Of a stretch of 64,000 nucleotides of DNA, positions 38,825 to 53,676 are shown in pieces. The notes beneath the pieces are model-generated. The model made no database searches and had not been told where the DNA came from. It saw only the letters and a list, made by a program, of their open reading frames with translations. Both the position numbers and the translations under genes were made by a program. The stretch's first letter is position 1. The number at the start of each line of letters is the position of its first letter. The stretch is taken from contig CAWGBL010000005.1 in assembly GCA_963820815.1 (NCBI GenBank), positions 44,424-108,423 of the forward strand, read 5' to 3'. Origin of the DNA: an uncultured Actinomycetota bacterium (GTDB lineage: Bacteria > Actinomycetota > Acidimicrobiia > Acidimicrobiales > RAAP-2).

Positions 38825-39835
38825 CTACCGAGCCTTTCTCTTGCGCTTGGAGCGCGATCGCGACTGCGCCGCGGCGTTCCGGGGGGTGGGGGGTTGAGGG
38901 GTGGCCGGCCGCTTGGCTGGGCCCGAGGGCCGGGGGGCGGGCTTCGGGGCCTCGATGGCCGGAGTGTCGTCCTCGGCGTGCGCCGGCGCCGGGATCTCTC
39001 GCTCGGTCTCCCTCGTCTTCGGGAGCCGCTTGGCGCTCACCTTGTCGGCGTCCATGAGGCCGGCCCGGAACATGAAGTACTGAGTGATTATGCGAATACC
39101 TGATGAAACAATCATGTAGAGGACGACAGCGGCGGGGATGATGAAGTAGATGTATGCAAGAAAGATCGGCATGATCCGCTGCAGGGCCATCGCCTGGCTC
39201 GGCATCGGCTGGCCCTTCTTGCGGTTGCGGTTGTTGATCATCGCCATCTGGAAGTACTGGAGGCCCACCGCGACGACCACGAGGGCGAAGAAGGGGATGG
39301 CCCCGACCCACCCGCCGTGGGCGCCGACCGGGAAGGGCTTGAGGCTCAAGTCCATCCCGAAGGACCGGACCTGGCCGGCCGAATGGACCAGGTGGTGGTA
39401 CATCGTCGACGACGACGGGATGTAGCGCGGCGCCGAGACGCCCTTGTCGTTCACGTAGCTCAGGCCCTTGATGACGCTGTAGAGGATGAACAGGAAGGGC
39501 ATCTGCAAGAACAGGGGAAGGCAGCCCCCCAGCGGGTTGACCCCCCTCTCCTTGTAGAGCCGCATCAGCTCCTCGTTGAGGATCTGGCGGTTCTCGGGTC
39601 CCTTGTACTTCTGCTGGAGCTTCTTGATCTCGGGCTGGATGGCCTGCATGAGGCTCATCGACCGCGTGGACTTGATGGTGAAGGGGGTGAGGACCCCCAT
39701 GATCACGATCGTCAGCAGGGTGATCGCGACGGCGTAGTTGGGGACCAGCCCGTAGAAGAAGGCCAGCAGCCAGCCGAAGAGGCGGAAGACCGGCTGGAAG
39801 ACCGAGCCGAGGGTGTGGGCGATCGAGGCGATCAC
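38825..39835 (-). CDS. yidC: Membrane protein insertase YidC
   Basis: [32 protein letters not shown]; TM segments. Confidence 0.94.
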   Translation of the reverse strand: MIASIAHTLGSVFQPVFRLFGWLLAFFYGLVPNYAVAITLLTIVIMGVLTPFTIKSTRSMSLMQAIQPEIKKLQQKYKGPENRQILNEELMRLYKERGVNPLGGCLPLFLQMPFLFILYSVIKGLSYVNDKGVSAPRYIPSSSTMYHHLVHSAGQVRSFGMDLSLKPFPVGAHGGWVGAIPFFALVVVAVGLQYFQMAMINNRNRKKGQPMPSQAMALQRIMPIFLAYIYFIIPAAVVLYMIVSSGIRIITQYFMFRAGLMDADKVSAKRLPKTRETEREIPAPAHAEDDTPAIEAPKPAPRPSGPAKRPATPQPPTPRNAAAQSRSRSKRKRKAR

Positions 39836-40113
39836 GCGTCACCGCCGCGCGCCGGGGGGACCAGGTCGATGCCGTGGGGCCCGAAGGGCCGGCACTTGGA
39901 CAGGCGCCGGACGGCGAGCCACGACCCGCGCGCCGCGCCGTGGGTCTCGACCGCCTCGAGGGCGTAGGCCGAGCACGACGGGTAGAAGCGGCAGGGCGCG
40001 ACCCGGTGGGCGCTCAGGCGCTGGTAGCCCCGGATCGCCGCCGCCAGCGCCCTGGCGGGGCTAGAGGCCGGCGCGTCCGAGGGCGTCGCGCAGGTGCTGG
40101 GCGAGTTGGTCAT
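39832..40113 (-). CDS. yidD: Membrane protein insertion efficiency factor
   Basis: [28 protein letters not shown]. Confidence 0.92.
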   Translation of the reverse strand: MTNSPSTCATPSDAPASSPARALAAAIRGYQRLSAHRVAPCRFYPSCSAYALEAVETHGAARGSWLAVRRLSKCRPFGPHGIDLVPPARGGDA

Positions 40114-40384
40114 GGGTGAGCTGTCCCGTCTGGATATCGCATCTGATCAGGTACGTCCCGCGCGGCGGCGCGGGGTCGAGGTGGTCGACCAGCGCGCGCA
40201 GGCGCCGGCGGATCCGGTTGCGCGTGACCGCGGAGCCGACCCGGCGCGGCACCGCGAAGGCGACGTCGACGCCGGTCGCGTCGGGGTCGTCGACGTAGGA
40301 GAGGCGCAGCGGGCCGCTCGCCCCTCTCGCCGACGGCGTCGCGAGTCGCGCGAATCGCCGCCGGGTCCGAACCCGACCGGGCAC
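40061..40384 (-). CDS. rnpA: Ribonuclease P protein component
   Basis: RNR motif [15 protein letters not shown]; follows rpmH. Confidence 0.9.
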   Translation of the reverse strand: MPGRVRTRRRFARLATPSARGASGPLRLSYVDDPDATGVDVAFAVPRRVGSAVTRNRIRRRLRALVDHLDPAPPRGTYLIRCDIQTGQLTHDQLAQHLRDALGRAGL

Positions 40385-40389
40385 AAGGC

Positions 40390-40524
40390 TCAGACCGTGA
40401 GCTGGTGGCGGCCCTTGGCGCGCCGGGCCTTGAGGACCGCCCGGCCGGCCCGGGTGCGCATCCGAGCCCGGAATCCGTGGGTCTTGGCCCGCTTCCGGGT
40501 ATTGGGCTGGTACGTCCGCTTCAC
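40390..40524 (-). CDS. rpmH: 50S ribosomal protein L34 (not in the ORF track)
   Basis: Read by hand: [44 protein letters not shown]. Confidence 0.97.
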   Translation of the reverse strand: MKRTYQPNTRKRAKTHGFRARMRTRAGRAVLKARRAKGRHQLTV

Positions 40525-40687
40525 GTCACACCTACTTGTCTCGTCTGCGTCGCCGGGGAGCCCGTCGGGGCGTGGCGCGCCTGGCCGGCAATCTTAGTCC
40601 ACCGCCCGACGGCCCCCGCGGGGCCGCCGGCGTCGCACTAGAGTGCTGACCCCCACCCCCGACGGGGCCCGGGCGGCGGTCTCGGCT

Positions 40688-40696
40688 TGTGGATAA
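40688..40696 (-). promoter_or_regulatory. DnaA box upstream of dnaA
   Basis: TGTGGATAA (perfect); a second near-match TGTGGATTA at 40822-40830 lies inside dnaA. Confidence 0.8.
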
Positions 40697-40711
40697 TCTC
40701 GAGGCCCATCT

Positions 40712-42088
40712 GTGGAGGACGACGTGCGCAGCAGCGAGGACATCTGGACCGAGGTTCGAGAGTCCTTGCGGGGCAACGCCTCTGAGTCGGTGTGGTCGGC
40801 CGGGCTCAACACGCTCAAGCTTGTGGATTACCACGACGATCAGTTGGTAATCGGTGCACCGAACGCGATCCAGCTCCAGCGCGTGCAGCAGCGCTACCTC
40901 CCGTTCATCACCGAGCAGGCACGCTCCGTCCTCGGCGAGAACGTGCGAGTCTCGTTAACGCTGAGTGACACCGACGTGACGGCTCCGTCCGTCGCCGACG
41001 ACGACGTGCGCGACCCGGTCGAGCCGACGCCCTCCTTCGCCGCGGTCGACCGCCCCGCGCGCCTCGACCCGCGCATGACCTTCGACTCCTTCGTGCCCGG
41101 GTCGTCGAACCGCCTGGCCTTCGCGGCCGCCCAGTCGGTCGCTGAAACCCCTGGTCGGGCGTACAACCCGCTGATGATCTACGGCAACAGCGGGCTCGGC
41201 AAGACGCACCTCCTGCACGCCATCGGCAACTACGTCCAGGAGAACTACCCGGGCCGCAAGGTCCTCTACGTGTCGACCGAGACGTTCCTCAACGACTTCA
41301 TCCGCGCGATCCAGACGCGCACCCAGCTCGCGCTGCACGAGCGCTACCGCGAGAACGACGTCCTGCTCATCGACGACATCCAGTTCATGGAGACGCGCGG
41401 CGAGACGTTCCACGAGGAGATCTTCCACACCTACAACGCGCTGCACGGCGAGGGCAAGCAGATCGTGCTGACGAGCGACCGCAGCCCGCGCGACCTCGCC
41501 GGGCTCCAGGAGCGGTTCCGCTCGCGCCTCCTCCAGGGCCTCGTCACCGAGATCGACCAGCCCGACCTCGAGACCCGCATCGCGATCCTGCGCTCGAAGT
41601 CCGAGCGCGAGGGGATCGAGCTGCCCAACGACGTGGCCGAGTGGATCGCCCAGCGGGTCCGCGACAACATCCGCGAGCTCGAGGGGTCGGTCACCATGCT
41701 CCGGGCCTTCGCCAACCTGCGCCAGGAGCCCATCTCCCTGGACCTGGCCAAGGCCCACCTCACCAACCTCGGCCACGACCAGGTGGTCCTCAAGCCCGAG
41801 ACGATCCTCTCGGTGGTCGCCGAGTTCTACGGCCTGACCGTCGAGGACGTTCGCGGCGCCAAGCGGCTCCGCCCGCTCGTGCGGGCCCGCCACATCGCGA
41901 TGTACCTGATCCGCGACCTGCTCGACAACTACTCGTACCCGATGATCGCGAGGATCTTCGACGGGCGCAACCACACGACCGTCATCAGCGGGGTCGAGAA
42001 GATCAAGGAGCAGCTGGCCGCCAACGGCGAGCTCCTCGCCCAGATCAACCAGCTCAAGCGCCAGCTCCTCGGCGAGGGCCACGAGTAG
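40712..42088 (+). CDS. dnaA: Chromosomal replication initiator
   Basis: YNPLMIYGNSGLGKTHLLHAIG, LLIDDIQF, NIRELEG, GRNHTTV. Confidence 0.97.
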   Translation: MEDDVRSSEDIWTEVRESLRGNASESVWSAGLNTLKLVDYHDDQLVIGAPNAIQLQRVQQRYLPFITEQARSVLGENVRVSLTLSDTDVTAPSVADDDVRDPVEPTPSFAAVDRPARLDPRMTFDSFVPGSSNRLAFAAAQSVAETPGRAYNPLMIYGNSGLGKTHLLHAIGNYVQENYPGRKVLYVSTETFLNDFIRAIQTRTQLALHERYRENDVLLIDDIQFMETRGETFHEEIFHTYNALHGEGKQIVLTSDRSPRDLAGLQERFRSRLLQGLVTEIDQPDLETRIAILRSKSEREGIELPNDVAEWIAQRVRDNIRELEGSVTMLRAFANLRQEPISLDLAKAHLTNLGHDQVVLKPETILSVVAEFYGLTVEDVRGAKRLRPLVRARHIAMYLIRDLLDNYSYPMIARIFDGRNHTTVISGVEKIKEQLAANGELLAQINQLKRQLLGEGHE

Positions 42089-42340
42089 TTTGTGGCTAAC
42101 TTCTCGACGCGGCTGTGGGCGGCGGGTGGACGCCGGGCCGGCTTCCCACATGACTGGAAGGTTGAGCGCCGAGGGTTGAAGGAGTTAGGCACAGCACTGT
42201 GGACAGAGCGGGCCCCCATACACCACCCGTGACCAGGGTCGACGTAGAGATACGCACAATCGCACAGCCCTACTACTACACAACACCTTCTCATCAAATA
42301 GGCACACCGTAACCTCAGTGGACATCGAAAGAGGGATCGC
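42089..42340. other. oriC (dnaA-dnaN intergenic region)
   Basis: Lower GC; boxes TGTGGCTAA 42091, CTTCCCACA 42142, TTAGGCACA 42185, TGTGGACAG 42198; trio-like CTACTACTAC at 42270-42279. Confidence 0.85.
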
Positions 42341-43438
42341 ATGAAGTTCAAGTCCGAGCGGGACCAGCTGGCCGACGCCCTGGGCGCGGCCGGGCGGGTC
42401 ACGGCCACCCGGCTCGTCGGCGCGTCGTCGGGGATCCTGCTGTCGCTGACCGGCAACCGGCTCACCGTGACCGGCACCGACCTCGACATCACCGTGCGCA
42501 CCGACCTGGAGGTCGTCGGGATCGAGGACGGCGCGGCCGTCGTGCCCTCGCGCCTGGTCGTCGACGCCGTGCGCTCCCTGGAGATCGGCGCGGTCACCGT
42601 GTCGGGCGGCGAGGAGTCGGTCGAGGTGAGCCTGGGCCGGGCGCGCTTCACCCTGCGGACCTTCGCCGTCATGGACTACCCCCAGCTGCCCCCCGTCGCC
42701 GGGCCGGTCACCAGCGTGCCGGCGGGCGACCTGCTGGCCGGGATCACCCAGGTGGTGCGCGCCGCGGCCAACGACGACGCGCGCCCCCTGCTGACCGGGG
42801 TCCTCTTCACGACCGACGCCGACACCCTTCGCCTCATCGCCACCGACTCGTACCGGCTGGCGGTGCGCGACGTGCCCGGGGTCGCCGGCCTGGGCGGCCA
42901 CGACCTGCTCGTGCCGGCGCGCGCCCTGACCGAGCTCCAGCGCGCGGCGTCGTCGCTGGCCGACGACGCGACCATCGGCGTCACGCTGAGCGACGCCGAG
43001 ATCTGCTTCACCGTCGGCGCGACGACCATCGCGTCGCGGCTGATCGAGGGCAACTACCCCTCGGTCCTCCAGCTCATCCCGGCCAGCTACCCCAACCGGC
43101 TGCGCGTGGCCAAGGACACCCTGCTCACCTCGCTGCGCCGCGCCAAGCTCCTGGCCAAGGACACGACCAGCTCGGTGCGCCTGACGATGGGGGAGAAGAC
43201 CGTCGAGGTCCGCACCCAGAGCCACGACGCCGGCGACGTCGAGGACAACGTCGACGCCGACTTCACCGGCGAGGAGCTGACGATCGCCTTCAACCCGAAC
43301 TTCCTGATCGACGGGATCGAGGCGGTACCCGGCGACGAGGTGGTGCTCGAGGTCTCGGACCCGGTGCGCCCGGCCATGGTGCACGGGCCCGACGACGTGC
43401 GGTTCCGCTACCTCCTCATGCCGGTGCGCGTGCAGTAG
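42341..43438 (+). CDS. dnaN: DNA polymerase III beta clamp
   Basis: TGTDLDI, RPLLTGV, ATDSYRLA, RLIEGNYP, IAFNPNFL, YLLMPVR. Confidence 0.96.
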   Translation: MKFKSERDQLADALGAAGRVTATRLVGASSGILLSLTGNRLTVTGTDLDITVRTDLEVVGIEDGAAVVPSRLVVDAVRSLEIGAVTVSGGEESVEVSLGRARFTLRTFAVMDYPQLPPVAGPVTSVPAGDLLAGITQVVRAAANDDARPLLTGVLFTTDADTLRLIATDSYRLAVRDVPGVAGLGGHDLLVPARALTELQRAASSLADDATIGVTLSDAEICFTVGATTIASRLIEGNYPSVLQLIPASYPNRLRVAKDTLLTSLRRAKLLAKDTTSSVRLTMGEKTVEVRTQSHDAGDVEDNVDADFTGEELTIAFNPNFLIDGIEAVPGDEVVLEVSDPVRPAMVHGPDDVRFRYLLMPVRVQ

Positions 43439-43441
43439 CCG

Positions 43442-44518
43442 GTGGGACTGTCCCAGCTGATCCTGCGGGACTTCCGCCTCTTCACCGACCTCACCTTCAC
43501 CCCGGACCCCGACGCCGTCACGGTCCTGCTCTCGGCCAACGGCACGGGCAAGACCTCGGTCCTCGAGGCCGTCTACGCCCTGGCCACGGCGTCGTCGTTC
43601 CGGTCCTCCTCGGCGGCCGACATGATCCGCGCCGGCAGCGACCTGGCCGAGGTCCACGGGGTGCTCGACCAGCGCGGCCGGCGCGTCGCCGTCGACCTCA
43701 CGCTCGCGCGCGGGGCGCGCACCACCAAGCGGATGCTGGTCAACGGCCAGCGCCCGCGGAGCCGCGCCGTCGTGGCCGAGGTCCTGCCCCTCACGGTCTT
43801 CACCCCCGAGGGCGTGGACGTCGTGCGCCAGGGGCCCGAGCACCGGCGCACCTTCCTCACCAACCTCATGACCGACGCCGACCCGTCGACCGGCGACCTG
43901 GTGGAGCGCTTCGCGCGCGTGCTGAGCCAGCGCAACGCGCTGCTGCGCGCGCTCGAGGGCGCGTGGCCCACGGGTGACCAGCGCGCCGAGCTCGACGTCT
44001 GGTCGACCGACCTGGCCGCGGTCTCGGCCGAGCTCGTCGGCCAGCGCCGGGCGCTGATCGCCGACCTCGCGCCGCGCGTCGCCGACCGCTACCGCGACCT
44101 CGCGCGCGCCGACGAGTCGGTCGAGCTGACCTACGAGCCGAGCTGGCGGGGCGACCTCATCGACGCGCTGAGCGCGTCCCTGGGCGAGGACCGGGCGCGG
44201 GGCCACACGACGGTCGGGCCCCACCGCGACGACGTCGCGGTCGTGCTCGACGGTCGCGACGCGCGCCGCCAGGCCTCCCAGGGCGAGCAGCGCTCCCTGG
44301 CCCTGGCCCTGCGCCTCGGCGGGCACGCGCTCGTCCAGGAGCGCCGCGGGGTCGACCCCCTGCTGCTGCTCGACGACGTCTTCAGCGAGCTCGACCCCGG
44401 GCGCGCCGAGCGGCTCCTGGCGCTGCTGCCGGCCGGCCAGACGCTGGTGACGACGGCCTCGCCGCTGCCCTCGGCGATGACCCCGGCGGCGGTCGTCACC
44501 CTGGGGGAGCGCGCGTGA
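43442..44518 (+). CDS. recF: DNA replication/repair protein RecF
   Basis: NGTGKTSVLEA, QRNALL, GPHRDD, ASQGEQRS, LLLDDVFSELD. Confidence 0.95.
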   Translation: MGLSQLILRDFRLFTDLTFTPDPDAVTVLLSANGTGKTSVLEAVYALATASSFRSSSAADMIRAGSDLAEVHGVLDQRGRRVAVDLTLARGARTTKRMLVNGQRPRSRAVVAEVLPLTVFTPEGVDVVRQGPEHRRTFLTNLMTDADPSTGDLVERFARVLSQRNALLRALEGAWPTGDQRAELDVWSTDLAAVSAELVGQRRALIADLAPRVADRYRDLARADESVELTYEPSWRGDLIDALSASLGEDRARGHTTVGPHRDDVAVVLDGRDARRQASQGEQRSLALALRLGGHALVQERRGVDPLLLLDDVFSELDPGRAERLLALLPAGQTLVTTASPLPSAMTPAAVVTLGERA

Positions 44519-44823
44519 GGCGCCGCGACGAGGAGCCCGCTCGCCTGGCCGACGTGCTCGACGCGCTGGCGTCGCGGATCCGGCGCGTCGACCTGCGCTC
44601 GATCGACGAGGTGCGCGCGCGCTGGGCGTCGCTCGTGGACCCCGCGCTCGCCGAGTCGTGCCGGCCGGAGTTCGTGAGGTCCTCGACCCTCGTGGTGAGC
44701 GCCCCGACGGGCGCGCACGCGCAGCGCGTGCGAGCTCGCTCCGCGACGATCCTGGCCGGCCTGGCCGACCTGCCCGGGGGCGCCCCGACGGCGCTGAAAG
44801 TGGTCGTCCGAGAGCCCCTCTGA
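44515..44823 (+). CDS. DUF721/DciA family helicase loader
   Basis: W..LV...LAESCRP..V....LVV pattern; located between recF and gyrB. Confidence 0.8.
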   Translation: MRRRDEEPARLADVLDALASRIRRVDLRSIDEVRARWASLVDPALAESCRPEFVRSSTLVVSAPTGAHAQRVRARSATILAGLADLPGGAPTALKVVVREPL

Positions 44824-44935
44824 GGTCCCCGGAGCGACCGTTGGAGACACCCGGTCGGGTAGGATTGGGGGGTCGAAAACGCCAATATTCGGCGGCGCCG
44901 CGGCGCATTCACACAGTAGGGAAGAGGACAGCTTC

Positions 44936-46878
<1,943 letters not shown>

Positions 46879-46882
46879 CGCC

Positions 46883-49392
<2,510 letters not shown>

Positions 49393-49393
<1 letters not shown>

Positions 49394-50178
49394 TGCGCCT
49401 GGCCAGCGTCGTCGGGGGCTTCGGCGAGGTGGTCGGCGACCGCCTCATCCCCTTCGGCGAGGACCTGGTCGCCTACCTGGCCGGCGCGCCGGCGACGCGC
49501 GGCGAGCCGGTGGCGCTCTCGAGCGTCGAGCTCCTCGCCCCGGTGCCGCGCCCCGGCAAGGTCATCGGGATCGGCCTCAACTACCGGGCCCACGCCGCCG
49601 AGAGCGGCTCGGCCATCCCCGAGCGGCCGGTCGTCTTCGCCAAGTGGGCGAGCGCGGTCAGCGCGCCGGGCGCGACGGTCGCGATCCCGGCCGCGGCGGC
49701 CAGGGTCGACTACGAGGCCGAGCTGGGCGTGGTCATCGGCGCGCACGCGCGCGCCGTCGGCGTCGACGAGGCGCTGCGCCACGTCGCCGGCTACACGGTC
49801 GTGAACGACCTCTCGGCGCGCGACTGGCAGTTCGCGTCGTCGCAGTGGACCCTCGGCAAGGCGATCGACGGCTTCTTGCCGATGGGGCCGTGGCTGGTCA
49901 CCGCCGACGAGGTCCCCGACCCCCAGGCGCTGCGCCTGGGCTGCCGGGTCAACGGCGAGGCCCGCCAGGACGCGTCCACGGCCGACATGATCTTCAGCGT
50001 CGCCGAGATCATCAGCTACGTCTCGACCGTCGTCACGCTCGAGCCCGGCGACGTCATCGCGACCGGGACCCCGTCGGGGGTCGCCACGGGCATGGCCGAG
50101 CCGAGGTGGCTCGCCCCCGGCGACGAGGTCGTCACCTGGGTCGAGGGGATCGGCGAGCTGGTCACCCACCTCGCCTAG
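49393..50178 (+). CDS. Fumarylacetoacetate hydrolase family protein
   Basis: KVIGIGLNYRAH, VDYEAELGVVIG, NDLSARD, GDVIATGTPSG. Confidence 0.92.
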
Positions 50179-50852
50179 CCGGCGCGGCTCACCTCGTCGC
50201 GCCCGGTGCCCGCGCGCCGGGCCCACGAGCGCTCGAGCGCGGCGCCCAGGGCGTCGACGCCCTGGGCGCCCATGACCGCGAGGCGCCCGTCGACCGCGAA
50301 CGCCGGGACGCCGGTCAGCCCGGCCTCGCGCGCGATCGCCTCGTCCTCGCGCACGTCGTCGGCGAACGCCCCGGTGCCGAGCGCCTCGAGGGCGCCGGCG
50401 ACGCCGACCTCGCCGGCGAGGCGCGCCAGCGTCGCGTGGTCGCTGACGAGCTCGCCCCGGGCGAAGTAGGCGGCGAAGAGCCGGTCGGCCATCGCGGCCT
50501 CGAGCCCCTGGGTCCGCGCCAGCGCGATCACCCGGTGGGCGTCGAACGTGTTGGTCGGGCGCGCGCGCGAGAGGTCCATCTCGACGCCGAGCGCCGCGCC
50601 CTCGGCCTCGAGGCGGCGGTGGAACCGCTCGACCACCTCGACGCTCTGGCCGTACTTCGCGGCGACGAGCTCGACCAGCGGCCGGTCGAGCGCGAGCGGG
50701 GTCGCCGGGTCGAGCTCGTAGGCGCGCCAGCGAACGACGACGTCGGCGCCGTGCTCGAACCTCTCGAGCGCCGCGCGCAGCTGCGCGGCGCCGAGGTAGC
50801 AGAACGGGCAGACGACGTCGGACCAGACGTCGACGACCATCGTGGGCTCCAC
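50175..50852 (-). CDS. DsbA-family oxidoreductase (FrnE-like)
   Basis: DVWSDVVCPFCYLG, NTFDAHR, GVPAF, GAQ. Confidence 0.9.
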   Translation of the reverse strand: MEPTMVVDVWSDVVCPFCYLGAAQLRAALERFEHGADVVVRWRAYELDPATPLALDRPLVELVAAKYGQSVEVVERFHRRLEAEGAALGVEMDLSRARPTNTFDAHRVIALARTQGLEAAMADRLFAAYFARGELVSDHATLARLAGEVGVAGALEALGTGAFADDVREDEAIAREAGLTGVPAFAVDGRLAVMGAQGVDALGAALERSWARRAGTGRDEVSRAG

Positions 50853-50965
50853 GCCCCCAGTGTGGCAGGCCCGTCAGCGCCGCCGACCGGGCGCGACCCT
50901 AGACTGGGCCGGCTCGCGCGCCGGCCGCGGACCCGCTCGTCGGACGGCCGCGTCGAGGTCTCCTC

Positions 50966-52564
50966 ATGCTCATCGCCCAAGAACTAGGGATCGAGATCGG
51001 TCCGCGCCGCCTGGTGGCGCCGGTCAGCTTCTCGATCGGCGACGGCGAGAAGGTGGGGCTGGTCGGGCGCAACGGCGCCGGCAAGTCCTCCCTGCTCGGC
51101 GTGCTGGCCGGCGACGCCCCGGCGCACCTCAAGATCGGCGGGTCGGTCGCGGTCCAGGGCCGGATCGGGCGCCTGCCCCAGGAGCCGGTCCCCGGCGGCC
51201 TGGGCGTCGAGCCGATCGGGCTGTCCCACGTACTCTCGGCGCGCGGCCTCGACCGCCTCGACGCCGACCTGCACCACGCGCGCGCGGCCATGGCCGCCGA
51301 CCCGACCGAGGCGACGATCGCCGCCTTCAGCGACCTCGAGACGGGGTTCCGCGAGCGCGGCGGCTACGAGGCCGAGAGCGAGGTGGCCCGCCTGGCCGAC
51401 GGCCTAGGCCTGGCCGAGGCCCTCCTGCTCGAGGACCTCGAGTCGCTCTCGGGCGGCCAGCGCCGCCGCGTCGACCTCATGCGCGTCCTCTACGAGTCGC
51501 CCGAGGTGATGATCCTGGACGAGCCGACGAACCACCTCGACCGCGCGGCCAAGCGCTGGCTCTTCGACGAGCTCGAGCGCTTCGCCGGCACGGTCATCGT
51601 GGTCAGCCACGACCTGGTGCTGCTCGACCGCGCGATCGACCGGGTGTTGTCTCTGCGCGACGGGGTGGTGCGCGAGTACCGGGGCAACTACACCAAGTTC
51701 ATCGCCCTCGAGGCGGCCCAGCGCGAGAGCGACGAGAAGCGCGCCAAGATCCAGGACGCCAAGATCAAGCAGCTCTCGACGCTCGCCGACTCGATGCGCG
51801 CCCAGACCGAGAAGCGCGCCCGCCTGGCCAAGGTGCTCGACCGGCGCGTGGAGCGGCTCAAGACCGAGCGGGTCACCGTGCTCGAGAAGGAGCGGCGCGT
51901 CACGTTCAAGCTGCCGGCCCCGCCGCGCAGCGGCGACGTGCCGATGACCGTCGAGGGCCTGGCGGTGAGCTACGGGAGCCTGAGCGTCCTGCGCGACACG
52001 AGCTTCATCACCCGGCGCGGCGACCGCATCCTCGTCGTGGGGCGAAACGGCGCGGGCAAGTCGTCGCTCCTGCGCTGCCTGGCCGGGGTCCAGGCGCCGC
52101 GGTCGGGCACCGTGCGCTTCGGGGCCAACGTGACGATGGGCTACTTCGCCCAGGAGCACGAGCAGCTGGACTTCGAGCGGACCGTGTTCGAGCACCTGGC
52201 CGACGCGACGCTCAGCTCGGACCACCAGCGCCGCGCGCTGCTCGGCGCCTTCGGGCTCAAGGGCGACGCCTTCGGCCAACTGCCCGGGACCCTGTCGGGC
52301 GGGGAGCGGGCCAAGTTGGCGCTCGCCGTGATGGCCGCGTCCAACGCCAACCTGCTGTTGCTCGACGAGCCGACGAACAACCTCGACCCGGCGAGCGTCG
52401 AGGCGCTGGGGCTGGTGATGAGGACCTGGACCGGGACGATCGTCGCGGTGAGCCACGAGCGGCCCTTCGTCGAGCTCCTCGAGCCGACCCACGCGGTGCT
52501 GCTGCCCGAGGAGTACTTCGACCTGTGGCGCGACGACTACCTCGACCTCGTCGAGCAGCGCTAG
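50966..52564 (+). CDS. ABC-F family ATPase
   Basis: Two NBDs (GRNGAGKS twice, LSGGQ/LSGGE, DEPTNHLD/DEPTNNLD), helical linker, no TM. Confidence 0.93.
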   Translation: MLIAQELGIEIGPRRLVAPVSFSIGDGEKVGLVGRNGAGKSSLLGVLAGDAPAHLKIGGSVAVQGRIGRLPQEPVPGGLGVEPIGLSHVLSARGLDRLDADLHHARAAMAADPTEATIAAFSDLETGFRERGGYEAESEVARLADGLGLAEALLLEDLESLSGGQRRRVDLMRVLYESPEVMILDEPTNHLDRAAKRWLFDELERFAGTVIVVSHDLVLLDRAIDRVLSLRDGVVREYRGNYTKFIALEAAQRESDEKRAKIQDAKIKQLSTLADSMRAQTEKRARLAKVLDRRVERLKTERVTVLEKERRVTFKLPAPPRSGDVPMTVEGLAVSYGSLSVLRDTSFITRRGDRILVVGRNGAGKSSLLRCLAGVQAPRSGTVRFGANVTMGYFAQEHEQLDFERTVFEHLADATLSSDHQRRALLGAFGLKGDAFGQLPGTLSGGERAKLALAVMAASNANLLLLDEPTNNLDPASVEALGLVMRTWTGTIVAVSHERPFVELLEPTHAVLLPEEYFDLWRDDYLDLVEQR

Positions 52565-53676
52565 CCCCGCTACTGGCCGGCGCCGGCCTGGTGGCGGCGG
52601 TGGTGGCGGTCGGGCTGGACCCGGGCGCCGGGCGCGGCGCCCTCGACCAGGACTGGCCGCCGTTCGCGCTGGTCGCGGGGCTCCTCCTCGTCGGCCTGGT
52701 GGCCGACGCCGACGGGCTCTTCGCCGCGGTCGGCGCGCGCCTGGCGCGGCGCACCGCGCACCCGGTCGCCTTCGCCGCGGCGGTCGTCGTCGTGACCGGC
52801 GCGGTGACCGCCGTGCTCAACCTCGACACGGCGGTCGCGTTCCTCACCCCGGTCCTCGTCTACGCCGGCCGGCGCCGCGGCGCGGGCGAGGCCGTCGCCC
52901 TCTACGGCGTGCTGATGCTGGCCAACGCGGGGTCGCTGCTGCTGCCGGGGTCGAACCTCACCAACCTGATCGTGCTGGGCGCGCGCCACTACTCGGGCGC
53001 GCAGTTCGTCGCGCGCACCTGGCTGGCGTCCCTGGCGGCCCTGGGCGCGACGGCGGTGTGCGTCGTGGTGGCCGAGCGCGCCGACGCGCAGGCCGGCGCC
53101 GCGCCCGAGGGCGCGCCGGCGGCGCGGGTGCGCGCGCTCGGCGTCGTCGGGGCTGCAGCGGCGGCGGCCGCCGTCCTCGCGCTGGGCGACCCCGCGCCCT
53201 GGGTGCTCGGGGTCGGCGTCGCGGTCGTGGCGGCGCGCCTCGCAACTCGAAAGGTCAGCGCCGCGCGCGTGCGCGAGGCGCTGGGGCTGTCGACGCTGGC
53301 CGGTCTCTTCGGGGTGGCCGTCGCGCTCGGCGTGGCCGGGCGCGACTGGGGGGCGCTCGCGCGACTCTCGCACCTGGACGCCGCGGCCACCGCCGGCGCC
53401 GCGGCGCTCGCCACCGTCCTCGTCAACAACCTTCCGGCGGCCTCGCTGTTCGCCGCGCACACCCCGAGCCACCCCTTCGCGCTGCTGGTCGGGCTCAACC
53501 TCGGCCCGAACCTCGCGGCGACCGGGTCGCTCGCCTGGGTCATCTGGTGGCGCGCGGCGCGCTCGGCCGGGGCGCGGCCGTCGCTGGCCCGGGCCAGCCG
53601 GATCGGCCTGGTCGCGGCCCCGGCGTCGATGGCGCTGGCGCTGCTCGCTCTCGCGCTGACCGCGAAGGGCGCCTAG
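52525..53676 (+). CDS. ArsB/NhaD-family anion permease (start uncertain, 52525 or 52591)
   Basis: LNLDTAVAFLTP, ANAGSLLLPGSNLTNL, VNNLPA, GLNLGPNL. Confidence 0.85.
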   Translation: MARRLPRPRRAALAPLLAGAGLVAAVVAVGLDPGAGRGALDQDWPPFALVAGLLLVGLVADADGLFAAVGARLARRTAHPVAFAAAVVVVTGAVTAVLNLDTAVAFLTPVLVYAGRRRGAGEAVALYGVLMLANAGSLLLPGSNLTNLIVLGARHYSGAQFVARTWLASLAALGATAVCVVVAERADAQAGAAPEGAPAARVRALGVVGAAAAAAAVLALGDPAPWVLGVGVAVVAARLATRKVSAARVREALGLSTLAGLFGVAVALGVAGRDWGALARLSHLDAAATAGAAALATVLVNNLPAASLFAAHTPSHPFALLVGLNLGPNLAATGSLAWVIWWRAARSAGARPSLARASRIGLVAAPASMALALLALALTAKGA

